Assembly: GCA_963785725.1 (NCBI GenBank)
Contig: CAWAWS010000005.1
Location: forward strand, 192,001-256,000
Direction: 5' to 3'
Length of the DNA stretch: 64,000 nucleotides
Source of the DNA: an uncultured delta proteobacterium
GTDB taxonomy: Bacteria > Myxococcota_A > Polyangia > Palsa-1104
The notes below the pieces were generated by a model. It was not told the DNA's origin. It saw nothing but the letters and a program-made list of their open reading frames with translations, and ran no database searches. This document shows, in pieces, positions 40,267-51,468 of this stretch (the first letter of the stretch is position 1; each line of letters starts with the position of its first letter). The position numbers and the translations under genes were made by a program.

Positions 40267-41504
40267 TACTTGGACTCCTTGGAAAGCGAGGCGGTATCCA
40301 TCGAGAAAATGTGGCCTTCGCGATCGCGCTTGTCGCGCAGGAGGGCCACGTTGTGCCGCGTCGGCGGCATCTCCAGCGGCTCGCGATCGACGACGGTGAT
40401 GCCGTAGCCTTCGAGGCCGGCGATCTTCTTCGGGTTGTTCGTGAGCAGCCGGAGCGACTTGACGCCGAGCTGCGACAACACCTGCGCGCCCAGGCCGAAG
40501 TCACGCAGCTTGTGCTCGCGACCAGCCACGCGCGCCTGCTCCTGGTGCAGCACGTGCGCGCGCACGTCGTTGACGAGCGACTGCCGCCCGCCCGGGAAAA
40601 CATAGAGCAGGACGCCGCGACCTTGCCGCTCGATCGCCTGCAGCGCCGCGCGCAGCTGCGCGCCGCAGTCGCACGCCGCCGACCCGAAGACGTCGCCGGG
40701 AAAGCAGGCCGTCTGCACGCGCACGAGCACCGGCTCCGGCGTCCGCAGATCGCCCAGCGTCAGCGCCAAATATTCGGTCTTCTCGACGGCGGTGGCGAAC
40801 ACGTGCGCCGCGAACTCGGCCGACACGCCGGGCAAGGAAGGCGTCAACGTCGCCTCGGCCACGCGCTCGACGAGCGACTCCTGCTGCAGCCGATACTCGA
40901 TCAGATCGGCGATCGACAGGATGCGCAGCTGATGTTGCGCGGCGAACTTCTCGAGATCGGGCATACGCGCCATCGACCCGTCGTCATTCATGATCTCGCA
41001 GATCACGCCCGACGGCGAGAGGCCCGCGAGCCGCGCCATGTCGACTGAGCCTTCGGTCTGACCGGTGCGCACGAGCACGCCGCCGCGCTTGGCGCGCAGC
41101 GGGAAAATGTGGCCCGGCGTGATCAGATCCTCGGGCCGCGCGTCGGGTTTGACGGCCGCCAAAATCGTCGTCGCGCGATCCTTGGCGCTGATGCCGGTCG
41201 TGACGCCGTGGCGCGCCTCGATGCTGACGGTGAAGGCGGTGCCGAACGGCGAGCCGCCGCCTTTGCGCGACGACTGCAGCGGCAGCTCGAGCGCGTCCGC
41301 CTTGTCCTCGGTCAAGGTCAAGCAGATGAGCCCGCGCCCCCACTTGGCCATGAAATTGATGGCTTCGGGCGTGACCTTCTCCGCCGCCATCGTCAAATCG
41401 CCCTCGTTCTCGCGATCCTCATCGTCGACGAGGATGACCATCTTGCCGGCGCGAATGTCCTCGAGCCCTTCGACGACGCGCGCGATCCGTTCTTTCGACG
41501 TCAT
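40266..41504 (-). CDS. ribB: DHBP synthase RibB fused to a degenerate GTP cyclohydrolase II-like domain
   Basis: [38 protein letters not shown]-terminal domain keeps C..GD.FGS..CDC and LLTNNP. Confidence 0.93.
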   Translation of the reverse strand: MTSKERIARVVEGLEDIRAGKMVILVDDEDRENEGDLTMAAEKVTPEAINFMAKWGRGLICLTLTEDKADALELPLQSSRKGGGSPFGTAFTVSIEARHGVTTGISAKDRATTILAAVKPDARPEDLITPGHIFPLRAKRGGVLVRTGQTEGSVDMARLAGLSPSGVICEIMNDDGSMARMPDLEKFAAQHQLRILSIADLIEYRLQQESLVERVAEATLTPSLPGVSAEFAAHVFATAVEKTEYLALTLGDLRTPEPVLVRVQTACFPGDVFGSAACDCGAQLRAALQAIERQGRGVLLYVFPGGRQSLVNDVRAHVLHQEQARVAGREHKLRDFGLGAQVLSQLGVKSLRLLTNNPKKIAGLEGYGITVVDREPLEMPPTRHNVALLRDKRDREGHIFSMDTASLSKESK

Positions 41505-42106
41505 GACTTCTGATAGCCTCCGACCAGCTTCTCGACGTATTTCCCGATCAGGTCTACTTCCAGATTGACCGCGGCGCCCGCGCCTTTATCGGCCAAGGTC
41601 GTCGCCGTCTGCGTGTGCGGAATCAGCGACACCGAAAAGCCGCGCTCGTCGACACGATTGACCGTCAAGCTGATGCCGTCGATCGTGATCGATCCCTTCT
41701 CGATCACATAACGAAGCAGGCTCGGCTCGAGCTCCACCGTGACGTCGACCGATTCGGCGCGCGGTAGCACCGACGCGATCTTGCCGACGCCGTCGACGTG
41801 GCCGGCGACCATGTGGCCGCCCAGCCGATCGCCGAGCTTGAGCGGCCGCTCCAAATTGACGCGCGCGCCGTCGGCGAGCAGGCCCAGCGTCGTGCGCTCC
41901 AGCGTCTCGGGACCGGCGACGAGCTCGACCTCACCCGGCCGCCAGACGACGACCGTCAAGCAGCAGCCGTCGACGGCGAGCGACGCGCCCAGCGCCTGCT
42001 CCTCGGCGAGGAGAGGCGCGCGCACGGTCAAGCGGCGCGCCCGCTCCGACGGCAGCGGCTCCACGCGCGTGATGTGTCCTACGTCTTCGACGATGCCCGT
42101 GAACAT
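41501..42106 (-). CDS. ribE: Riboflavin synthase (alpha chain)
   Basis: [40 protein letters not shown]. Confidence 0.96.
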   Translation of the reverse strand: MFTGIVEDVGHITRVEPLPSERARRLTVRAPLLAEEQALGASLAVDGCCLTVVVWRPGEVELVAGPETLERTTLGLLADGARVNLERPLKLGDRLGGHMVAGHVDGVGKIASVLPRAESVDVTVELEPSLLRYVIEKGSITIDGISLTVNRVDERGFSVSLIPHTQTATTLADKGAGAAVNLEVDLIGKYVEKLVGGYQKS

Positions 42107-43213
42107 TCAGCGACTTCTTAGCACGTCCCCGGCGACGAGGATATCATCGCCCAGGGGCCGCGTCGAAACCGCGCCCAAGCGCCAGGCGTCGGCCATCTTG
42201 CGCGGACCGGGCGTGGCGATGAGCGGAACGCCGCCGGCGCCGATGAGCTTGGGCGCGACGAAGAGCACCATCCGATCGGCCAGCTCCGCCGACAGAAAGG
42301 CGCCGTGCACCTGCCCGCCGCCTTCGACGAGCAGCGTCAGGATGCCGCGACGGCCGAGCTCATCGAGCAGCGCGGGCAAGGCGACGCGGCCGTTGCGGCC
42401 GCGTAAACGTACGACTTCCGCGCCTTTGGCGACGAGCCGCCGCGCCCGCGACTCGGGCGCGTCCCGGGTCGTCACGATCCACGCGTCGGGCACCGCTTTG
42501 GCGCGCGGTGACGTCGTCAGCTGGCCGTCGAGGATGACGCGCCGCGGGTCGCGCCCGCCGTCCCGTTCGCCTTTCGGCAGCCGCGTCGTCAGCGACGGAT
42601 CATCGGCGCGCACGGTGCCGGCGCCGACGAGGATGGCGTCCATCGTGTCACGCATGCGGTGCGCCTCGAGTCGCGACTCCGCGCCCGACACCCAGCGCGC
42701 ATCGCCGCCGCGCGCGGCCAAGCGACCGTCGAGCGTCACCGCCGCTTTCAGCGTCACCAGCGGCCGTTTCGTCCGCCAAAAGTGCAGGTAGCCGCGCAGC
42801 TGAGCCGCGCATTCGTCGCCGAGGAGGCCGAGCGTCACGTCGATGCCGGCCGCGCGCAGCTGCGCGACGCCACCGCCGTTGACGCGCGGATTCGGATCGA
42901 TGACGCCGACGACGACGCGCGCGACGCCGGCCCCGATCAAACGATCGGTGCAAGGCGGCGTGCGGCCCTGAAAGTTGTGCGGCTCTAGCGTCACGTAGGC
43001 GGTCGCGCCTTTGGCTTTGCCGCCCGCCGCCGTCAGCGCCATGGCTTCGGCGTGCGCGCCGCCCGGCGGCTGCGTGAAGCCGCGCGCGATGACGTTCTTG
43101 CCGCGCACGATGACGCAGCCGACCCACGGATTCGGCGACGTGCGGCCGCGGGCGCGCTCGCCCTCGGCCATCGCCTCGCGCATGAACGCTTCGTCCAAGC
43201 CGCTCGAGCTCAT
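42107..43213 (-). CDS. ribD: Bifunctional deaminase/reductase RibD
   Basis: TSPNPWVG, HAE, YVTLEP, TPPC, KAAVTLDG, VEGGG; start MSSSGLDEAFM. Confidence 0.95.
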   Translation of the reverse strand: MSSSGLDEAFMREAMAEGERARGRTSPNPWVGCVIVRGKNVIARGFTQPPGGAHAEAMALTAAGGKAKGATAYVTLEPHNFQGRTPPCTDRLIGAGVARVVVGVIDPNPRVNGGGVAQLRAAGIDVTLGLLGDECAAQLRGYLHFWRTKRPLVTLKAAVTLDGRLAARGGDARWVSGAESRLEAHRMRDTMDAILVGAGTVRADDPSLTTRLPKGERDGGRDPRRVILDGQLTTSPRAKAVPDAWIVTTRDAPESRARRLVAKGAEVVRLRGRNGRVALPALLDELGRRGILTLLVEGGGQVHGAFLSAELADRMVLFVAPKLIGAGGVPLIATPGPRKMADAWRLGAVSTRPLGDDILVAGDVLRSR

Positions 43214-43235
43214 GATCTGACGAGGATAACGCGAA

Positions 43236-43688
43236 TTACTTGAGCGTGACGTCGAGCATCGCGACGCGGCGCGCGTGCCGGCCGCCTTCGAACGGCGTCT
43301 CCAGCCACACGCGCAACGACTCCTCGGCCACCGCGGCGCCGATGAGCCGCTCGCCGAAGCAGATGACGTTGGCGTCGTTGTGCTGCCGGGAGAGCCGCGC
43401 CGCCGTCGGCTCGGAGACGAGCGCCGCGCGCACGCCGGCGACTTTGTTGGCCGCGATCGAAATGCCGATGCCCGAGCCGCACACGCAGACGCCGCGCGCG
43501 TCGCCGCCGAGCTGCACGACGCGCTCACCGACGGCGCGGCCATATTCGGGATAGTCGACCGACGCCGTCGAGTGCGCGCCGACGTCTTCGACGTTGTGGC
43601 CCCACGCGGTCAGCTTGTCGGCGAGCAGCGACTTCAAATTGTAGCCCGCGTGATCGGAGCCGATCACGACCGTCAACGGCTTTTGCAA
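43236..43688 (-). CDS. rpiB: Ribose-5-phosphate isomerase B
   Basis: GSDHAG, VDYP, CGSGIG, ANKV, HNDAN, FEGGRH. Confidence 0.95.
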   Translation of the reverse strand: MQKPLTVVIGSDHAGYNLKSLLADKLTAWGHNVEDVGAHSTASVDYPEYGRAVGERVVQLGGDARGVCVCGSGIGISIAANKVAGVRAALVSEPTAARLSRQHNDANVICFGERLIGAAVAEESLRVWLETPFEGGRHARRVAMLDVTLK

Positions 43689-43691
43689 ACG

Positions 43692-44940
<1,249 letters not shown>

Positions 44941-44975
44941 GTTTGGCCTTCAGCGACTACCTGAAGCCGCTTTGC

Positions 44976-45211
44976 TTAGGGGTTGGCGTGCGCTTTGATG
45001 TACTCGATCGCGTCCTTGACCGTCTTGATCTGCTCGGTGTCCTCGTCGGGAATCTCGATCGAGAACGCCTCTTCGAGCGCCAGCACCAGCTCGACGACGG
45101 CGAGCGAGTCGGCCTTGAGATCGTCGGTGAACGACGCCTCGGGCTTGACCTGCTCGGGGCTCACTTCGAGCTGCGCGCAGATGATCTCTTTACCTTCTGC
45201 TCGACGTTCAT
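44976..45211 (-). CDS. acpP: Acyl carrier protein, one base missing at about 45190
   Basis: MNVEQKV-[shift]-EIICAQLEV...[20 protein letters not shown]. Confidence 0.95.
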
Positions 45212-45262
45212 CTCATTCTCCTGTGAGCTTCTGATCGCGACTTCGGCTGGCTGGAAAGCGTT

Positions 45263-46005
45263 TTACATCAAAAGTCCGCCGTTGACGCGCACAACTTGTC
45301 CGGTGACGTAGGAAGCCGCCTCGGAGACGAGGAAGCGCACGGCGTCGCGCGACGTCTTCGGCCGAGCCGATGCGTCCGAGCGGGATCTGCTTGACGAGCG
45401 CGTCGCGCGCGTCGCCTTGCACGTGCTCGGCCGTCATGTCGGTCTCGATGAAGCCGGGCGTGACGCAGTTGACGGTGATCGCGCGCGACGCGAGCTCGCG
45501 CGCCAGCGACTGGGTCATGCCGATGAGGCCGGCCTTGGCCGCCGCGTAGGAGACCTGGCCGCCGTTGCCCTGCTCGCCGACGACGGACGAGATGTTGACG
45601 ATGCGGCCGGCCGGCGACTTCAAGAGGTAGCGCGACGCGGCCTTGCAGCAGTGGAACGCGCCCGACAGGTTGACGTCGAGCGTGCGCTGCCAGTCTTCGC
45701 GTCTTGGTGCGCAGGAGCAGGCCGTCGATGGCGATGCCGGCGTTGTTGACGACGACGTCGAGCCGACCGCGCTCTTGCGCGAGCTGCTTTACCGCGGCGT
45801 CGACCGCGTCGGCGTCGGCGACGTCGAAGCGCGAGAGCGCGCCGTCGCCGCCGGCGTCTTCGATCGCCTGCAGCGTCTCGGCCGCGGCCGCTTCGTTGGC
45901 GGTGTAGTTGACGATGACGAAGAGCCCGTCCTGACCGAGCGCGATGGCGATGGCGCGGCCGATGCCCCGCGATGCGCCGGTGACGAGCGCGACGCGCTTA
46001 TCCAT
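45263..46005 (-). CDS. fabG: 3-oxoacyl-ACP reductase, frameshifts at about 45700 and 45350
   Basis: VTGASRGIG, VNNAG, YAAAK, PGFIETDMT, ending GQVVRVNGGLLM*. Confidence 0.95.
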
Positions 46006-46893
46006 TGTTCGCAACTCCTTGCAGCGGCTGCAGCTTCACGGCCGGCGCGATGCGCTTGACGAGACCGGCCAGCACCGCGCCCGGCCCCACTTCGTAGGCT
46101 TCGTCGACGCCGAGCGCGGCGAGCTTTTGCACCGACTCTTCCCAGCGCACGCTGCCCGTCACTTGGCGATGCAGCAGATCCTTGACCCGCGCCGCGTCGC
46201 TGTTCGGCTCCGCCGTCACGTTGGCGACGACGGGAATCTTCAGCGGCGCCACCTTGACGCGCTCGAGCTCGGCGCGCAGCCGCTCGGCCGCCGGCGCCAT
46301 CAGCGCCGAATGGAACGGCGCCGACACCGGCAGCGCCTTGACCAGCTTGGCGCCCTTTTGCTTCGCCAGCGCCATCGCGCGCTCGACCGCCGCTTTGTGG
46401 CCGGCGACGACGACCTGCCCGGCGCCGTTGAAGTTCGCCGGCTGACAGGCTCTCGCTCTCGTCCGGCGACGCTTCGCGGCAGGTGTCGCCGACCGTCGAC
46501 GCGTCGAGCCCGATGATCGCCGCCATCGCGCCCACGCCTTCGGGCACCGCCTCCTGCATGAACTTGCCGCGCAGGTGAACGAGCCGCACGGCGTCCGCGA
46601 ACGTCAGCGCGCCGGCATAGACCAGCGCCGAATATTCGCCGAGCGAATGGCCGGCCGCGATGTCGGCCTCGATGCCGCGCTCGCGCAGCTGATCGGCCCA
46701 CGCGATCGACACCGTCAGAATCGCCGGCTGCGTGTTCTGCGTGCGCATGAGCTCGCCGTCGGGCCCTTCGGCGATGATCTTCGACAGCGCAAAGCCGAGC
46801 GCCTCGTCGGCCTCGGCGAAGCGCGCGCGCGGCAAGGCCCGCGTCCATGCCGACCTTCTGCGAGCCCTGCCCGGGAAACAGGAACGCGCGCAT
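45998..46893 (-). CDS. fabD: Malonyl-CoA:ACP transacylase, frameshifts at about 46840 and 46450
   Basis: FPGQGSQ, TQPAI, GHSLGEY, VSAPFHS, VRWEES, EVGPG. Confidence 0.95.
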
Positions 46894-46982
46894 CACCGCG
46901 CTCCGCGCGTTGACGCGCAAACCAACGATCCGCCGGCCCTACGGGCCTGGCTCACTTCGCTTCGCTTCGCTCCGCTCATCGC

Positions 46983-47968
46983 CTAGAACCGCACCAGCGC
47001 CGAGCCCCACGACAGGCCGGCGCCGAGCGCGGCCATGAGGATGAGGTCGTTCGGCTTGACGCGCCCTTCGCGCGCCGCCTCGTCGAGCGCGATCGGAATC
47101 GAGGCCGACGACGTATTGCCGTACTTATGGATGTTCAAATAGAAGCGATCGAGGCCGATGCCGACGCGCTCGGACACGCCTTCGAGGATGCGAATGTTCG
47201 CCTGATGCGCGACGACGACGTCGACGTCCGCCGCCGTCTTGCCGTTGTGCTCGAGCGCCGTCTTGGCCGCGGCCGAGATGTTCTTGACCGCGTGCGTGAA
47301 CACCGACTTGCCCTGCATCTGCACGAGATGGCGCTTGGCCTCGACCGACTTGAGCGACGTCGGCTCCAGCGATCCGCCGCCGGGGATGTTGAGGAACGGC
47401 ACGCCCGCGCCGTCGGCGAAGAGGTGCGTCGACTGGATGCCGCGCTCGTCCGTCGACGGGACCGAGCAGCGCCGCGCCGGCGCCGTCGCCGAAGAGCACG
47501 CAGGTGTTGCGATCGGTCCAGTCGACGCAGGCGCGACAGGATCTCGACGCCGATGACGAGCACGTTCTTGAACTGCCCCGAGCGAATGAAGGCGTCGCCG
47601 ATGGACAGGCCGTAGATGAAGCCGGCGCAGGCGGCCGAGATGTCGAACGCGGCCGAGCCCGGACGCGCGCCCAGCTTCTGCTGCACGGTGACGGCGACGG
47701 CCGGCATCGGCATGTCGGGGCTGATGGTGCCGACGATGATGCAGTCGATCTGGCTCGGATCGATCTCGGCCGTCTCGCAGGCGCGCCGGCCGGCGTCCGC
47801 CGCCAGATCCGACGTCGAGCGGCCCTCTTCGAGGATGCGCCGCGCGCCGATGCCGGTGCGCTCGCGAATCCACGAGTCGGAGGTCTCGACCAGCTTCGAG
47901 AGGTCGTCGTTGGTCAACACCTTGTCCGGCACAGCCTTGCCCGTGCCTGCGATGCGCGCTCTCAACAT
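46983..47968 (-). CDS. fabH: 3-oxoacyl-ACP synthase III, frameshifts at about 47530 and 47460
   Basis: WIRERTGI, FDISAACAGF, LFGDGAGA, HQANIRI, YGNTSSASIP. Confidence 0.95.
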
Positions 47969-48013
47969 GCGTTCAATCCTCGGTTCGAATGATTCCGCGA
48001 AAACATGGTCGCT

Positions 48014-49063
48014 CTAGCCGCTCGCCTGCTCCGCCTCGGCCGCCCACAACGGCGCGTGCTTGACGATGGCCTGCGAAACCGCCTCGGTCAGCCCCGACTC
48101 GACGAAGCCGGCGGCGACGCGAATGGCGTTCTTGAATGCCTTGGCGTTGGCCGCGCCGTGCGTCAGAACGGCCACGCCGTTGACGCCGACGAGCGGCGCG
48201 CCGCCGTGCTCGTCGACGTCGAGCGTCTGCTTGAGCCGCTTGAAGGCGCCGCGCAAGAGGAGCGCGCCCAGCTTGCCGATCGTCGACGACATGATCTCGC
48301 GCTTGATGATGGCCGAGATCGCCGCCGCCGCGCCCTCCGACGTCTTCAACACGATGTTGCCGGTGAAGCCGTCGGTGACCACGACGTCGACGTCGCCGCC
48401 GAAGATGTCGCGCCCTTCGACGTAGCCGACGAAGTCGAAGTCCTTGTCGTCGAGCGCGGCCGAGAGGAGCTTGTGCGCGCCGCGCGTCAGCTCGGTCCCC
48501 TTCGTCGCCTCTTCGCCGTTCGACAACAGCCCCACTTTGGGCCGCTTCTTGTGATGCAACAGGCGCGCATAGACCGCACCCAAGACCGCGAATTGCGTCA
48601 GGATCTCAGGCCGGCAGTCGACGTTGGCGCCCATGTCGATGAGCGCGCACACGCCGTTGACCGTTGGAAACGTCGTGACGATGCCCGGCCGCTCGACGCC
48701 ATGCAGACGCCGCAGCACGAACAGGCCGCACGCCAACATCGCGCCCGAGTTCCCGGCCGAGACGACGGCATCGGCCGCGCCCTCCTTGGCCAGGTCGAAC
48801 GCGACGCGCATCGACGAGTCTTTCTTGCCTTTGGCCGCCACCGCCGGGTGATCCTCCATGCGGATCACCTCGGAGGCGTGGCGAATCGTCAGACCGTCGA
48901 GCGGCGAGGTCACGCCGAGGCGCGCGAGCTCTTGCCGAAGGCGCGTCTCGTCACCGACGAGAAGCACCTTCGCAAAACGCTCGCGCACCGCCGCGACCGC
49001 GCCCTCGACCTCGGGACTCGGCGCGTGATCGCCCCCCATCGCGTCGACGGCGACGGTCTTCAT
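48014..49063 (-). CDS. plsX: Phosphate acyltransferase PlsX
   Basis: AVDAMGGDHAP, SAGNSGA, DMGAN, DGFTGNIVLK. Confidence 0.97.
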   Translation of the reverse strand: MKTVAVDAMGGDHAPSPEVEGAVAAVRERFAKVLLVGDETRLRQELARLGVTSPLDGLTIRHASEVIRMEDHPAVAAKGKKDSSMRVAFDLAKEGAADAVVSAGNSGAMLACGLFVLRRLHGVERPGIVTTFPTVNGVCALIDMGANVDCRPEILTQFAVLGAVYARLLHHKKRPKVGLLSNGEEATKGTELTRGAHKLLSAALDDKDFDFVGYVEGRDIFGGDVDVVVTDGFTGNIVLKTSEGAAAAISAIIKREIMSSTIGKLGALLLRGAFKRLKQTLDVDEHGGAPLVGVNGVAVLTHGAANAKAFKNAIRVAAGFVESGLTEAVSQAIVKHAPLWAAEAEQASG

Positions 49064-49069
49064 CCGAAG

Positions 49070-49267
49070 CTAGGCCTCGGTTTCCTCGGTCTTGGCGATG
49101 ACTTCGCGGTCGCGGTAGAAGCCGCACGCCTCGCAGATGCGGTGCGGGAGCTTGGGCTCCTGGCACTTCGGGCACGGGGTGACCGACGGCTTGGGAACGC
49201 TACGCATCCACTGCGCGCGACGATGATCGCGCATCGCCTTCGATTTACGTCGCTTGGGAACAGCCAT
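49070..49267 (-). CDS. rpmF: 50S ribosomal protein L32
   Basis: MAVPKRRKSK, CPKC...HRICEACGFY. Confidence 0.97.
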   Translation of the reverse strand: MAVPKRRKSKAMRDHRRAQWMRSVPKPSVTPCPKCQEPKLPHRICEACGFYRDREVIAKTEETEA

Positions 49268-49313
49268 AGTCCTGCCTCTCTCTTTCCAACTGCATCCGTG
49301 CTACTGGGTCTGA

Positions 49314-49844
49314 CTAACTGAGCTTGAGCTTTTCGAGCGCGGCGAACCGCGGGTCACCGAGCCCAGCGACGGAATGGCCGCAGTTGAGCTCGTTCTTGTT
49401 CTGTCCGCAAACGGTGCATAAGCCGACGCAATTCTCGCGGCAGCGCGGCGCGATCGGCAGCGCCAGAATCAGCTGCTCGCGCACGATCGGCGCCAGATCG
49501 ACGTTGACGCGGTCGTGCGTGGCCACGTCGACGTCGTCGAGCGGGTCGTCGCTCACCGCGATCTTGCCTTCGTTGGCGACGAACGTCATGTGCAGCGGCA
49601 CGTCGACCTTGATCTGCGCCGGGCCCAGACATTTGCCGCACGGCACCGTGATCAGCGCCTTCAAGCCACCGACGACAAAGACATTTTCGTCATCGCGATC
49701 GTAACGCAGGGCGACTTGCAAGTGGCCCGTCGTGGCGTCGAGATCGACGTCGAGCCCGGCAAATGCGTCGGCGAGGAGCGCTTTGGAGAGCTCCTGCTGA
49801 TCGAGCAATCCGTCGCTCGGTATGTCCTTGATTTTATAGCGCAT
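49314..49844 (-). CDS. YceD/DUF177 family protein
   Basis: CGKCL, REQLILALP, CRENCVGLCTVCG, DPRFAAL; immediately upstream of rpmF. Confidence 0.92.
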   Translation of the reverse strand: MRYKIKDIPSDGLLDQQELSKALLADAFAGLDVDLDATTGHLQVALRYDRDDENVFVVGGLKALITVPCGKCLGPAQIKVDVPLHMTFVANEGKIAVSDDPLDDVDVATHDRVNVDLAPIVREQLILALPIAPRCRENCVGLCTVCGQNKNELNCGHSVAGLGDPRFAALEKLKLS

Positions 49845-49979
49845 AACTGGAAAAAAGACGGCTCAATATAGTCGGAACGGCCTGGAAGTCAAGCCGAAAC
49901 CCCAAATTCACAGGTCGTCTACCACACTTCGGCGGGCTCTGCCCGGGAATCGGCGCTGGGGAGCTGCGCCGCGAGGATT

Positions 49980-51287
49980 CTAAGGCGTCAGCCGCGTGAG
50001 GTCGCGCGGAAAGAGCACGGCCTCACGAATATTGCCGAGGCCGGTCAGCTGCATCAGGAAGCGCTCGAGGCCGATGGCGAAACCGCCGTGCGGCGGCATG
50101 CCGTGCTTGAAGACCTCGAGATAGGCCGCCAAGGGCTCGCTCGCCATCCCGCGCGCCGCCAGCGCCGCCAAGTAGTCGGCGTGGCGATGCAGCCGCTGCC
50201 CGCCGGTGACCAGCTCGGTGCCGCGAAAGAGCAAGTCGAACGAGCGCGAATACGCGGGCCGCGCCGGGTCGGGATGGGTATAGAACGGCCGCTTGTGCAG
50301 CGGATAGCCGACGACGAAGAGCCACTCGCTGCCGTGCTCCTCGGCGGCCCAGCGGCCGAGCCAGCGCTCGCCCTCGGGCGACAGGTCGGGCTGGCCGCGC
50401 TCGTGCTCACCGAGCGCGCCGGCGATCCGCTCCTGCGCTTCGGCGAAATGGATCTCGGGCACGCGCTCGGGCAGCTCGGGCAGACGCGTCGCGAGCAGCG
50501 CCAGCTCGACGGCGCAGCTCGCCGCAAGCTCGGCCAGCATCGCGCGCAAGGTCCGAGTGAGCTCGCGCATGACGTCGGCGTGGCTCTCGATGAAGCCGAG
50601 CTCGACGTCGAGGCTGGTGTACTGGTTGATGTGGCGCACGGTGTCGTGCGGCTCGGCGCGGAAGACCGGGCCGACTTCGTAGACCCGCTCGAAGACGCCG
50701 ACCATGATCTGCTTGTAGAGCTGCGGGCTCTGCGCCAAGTACGCTTCCTGCTTGAAGTAGCGCACGGCGAAGACGTTGGCGCCGCCTTCGGTGGCGCCGG
50801 CGACGAGCTTGGGCGACTGGATCTCGGTGAAGCCGCGCGCGTCCAGCGAGCCGCGAAAGGCGCGCATCGCCGCCGCGCCGAGCCGGAAGATGGCGCGCCG
50901 GGTCGGATGACGATTGGCGACGACGGCGTGGTCGAGCAGCGCCGGCAGCTGCGCGCGCAGCGCCTTCTTGCCGAGCACGATCGGCGTCGGCTCCGTCACC
51001 GGCGCCAGCAGACGCAGCGTGATGCCGTGCAGCTCGACGCCACCCGGCGCCTGCGCCTCGGCGACGACGTCACCTTCGAGCTCGACGACCGACTCGGCGA
51101 GCGCGCCGGCCGCGCGCAGCGGCTCGAGCCGCGCCTCGTCGGTGACGACGGCCTGCACGAGGCCCCAGCCGTCGCGAATGACGAGGAAGGTTAGACCGCT
51201 GAGCCGACGCTGCGCATGCAGCCAGCCGGCGATGCGAACCCGCGCGCCAATATGCGCGGCTACTTCAACCGAACGAACACGTTCCAT
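49980..51287 (-). CDS. aspS: Archaeal-type, probably non-discriminating aspartyl-tRNA synthetase (Asp/Asn)
   Basis: 435 aa, too short to carry the bacterial insertion domain; YLAQSPQLYKQ, FRAE, PPHGGFAIGLER; GWLH and APGG carry the His/Pro typical of non-discriminating enzymes. Confidence 0.92.
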   Translation of the reverse strand: MERVRSVEVAAHIGARVRIAGWLHAQRRLSGLTFLVIRDGWGLVQAVVTDEARLEPLRAAGALAESVVELEGDVVAEAQAPGGVELHGITLRLLAPVTEPTPIVLGKKALRAQLPALLDHAVVANRHPTRRAIFRLGAAAMRAFRGSLDARGFTEIQSPKLVAGATEGGANVFAVRYFKQEAYLAQSPQLYKQIMVGVFERVYEVGPVFRAEPHDTVRHINQYTSLDVELGFIESHADVMRELTRTLRAMLAELAASCAVELALLATRLPELPERVPEIHFAEAQERIAGALGEHERGQPDLSPEGERWLGRWAAEEHGSEWLFVVGYPLHKRPFYTHPDPARPAYSRSFDLLFRGTELVTGGQRLHRHADYLAALAARGMASEPLAAYLEVFKHGMPPHGGFAIGLERFLMQLTGLGNIREAVLFPRDLTRLTP

Positions 51288-51374
51288 CGGACGCCCCTTT
51301 GGTGCTGGCCCTGCCGTGTGGACGCGGAAGCGCGCCTGCGGCAGGCCCAGCGGCCCGTCAGGCGTCTTCCCGCG
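51288..51374 (-). promoter_or_regulatory. Structured aspS leader with alternative helices overlapping the RBS
   Basis: 51359-51374 can pair with 51323-51338; alternatively 51339-51351 pairs with 51304-51316; GACGCC is complementary to GGCGTC at the AAAGGGGCGTC RBS. Confidence 0.65.
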
Positions 51375-51399
51375 GATCGTCTCCGTCGATGGTGTTCAT
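51358..51399 (-). CDS. Putative aspS leader peptide MNTIDGDDPREDA
   Basis: 13-codon ORF with 4 Asp and 1 Asn, ending 70 nt before aspS; TTGACT-N17-TCCACT promoter-like element upstream. Confidence 0.65.
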   Translation of the reverse strand: MNTIDGDDPREDA

Positions 51400-51468
51400 G
51401 ACGCCCTTAGTGGAGCGTGTCGCGCGCGCGAAGTCAAGGCGCGCCGAGCCAACGCGTGAGCGAGATCG

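Noticed and set aside
43236..43688. rpiB as microcompartment cargo linked to the BMC-T gene
   Set aside because: It is 22 kb away and in the ordinary position downstream of acpP-fabF
51288..51468. T-box riboswitch upstream of aspS
   Set aside because: No UGGNACC T-box sequence, no room for a long stem I and no U-tract terminator; the leader-peptide model fits better
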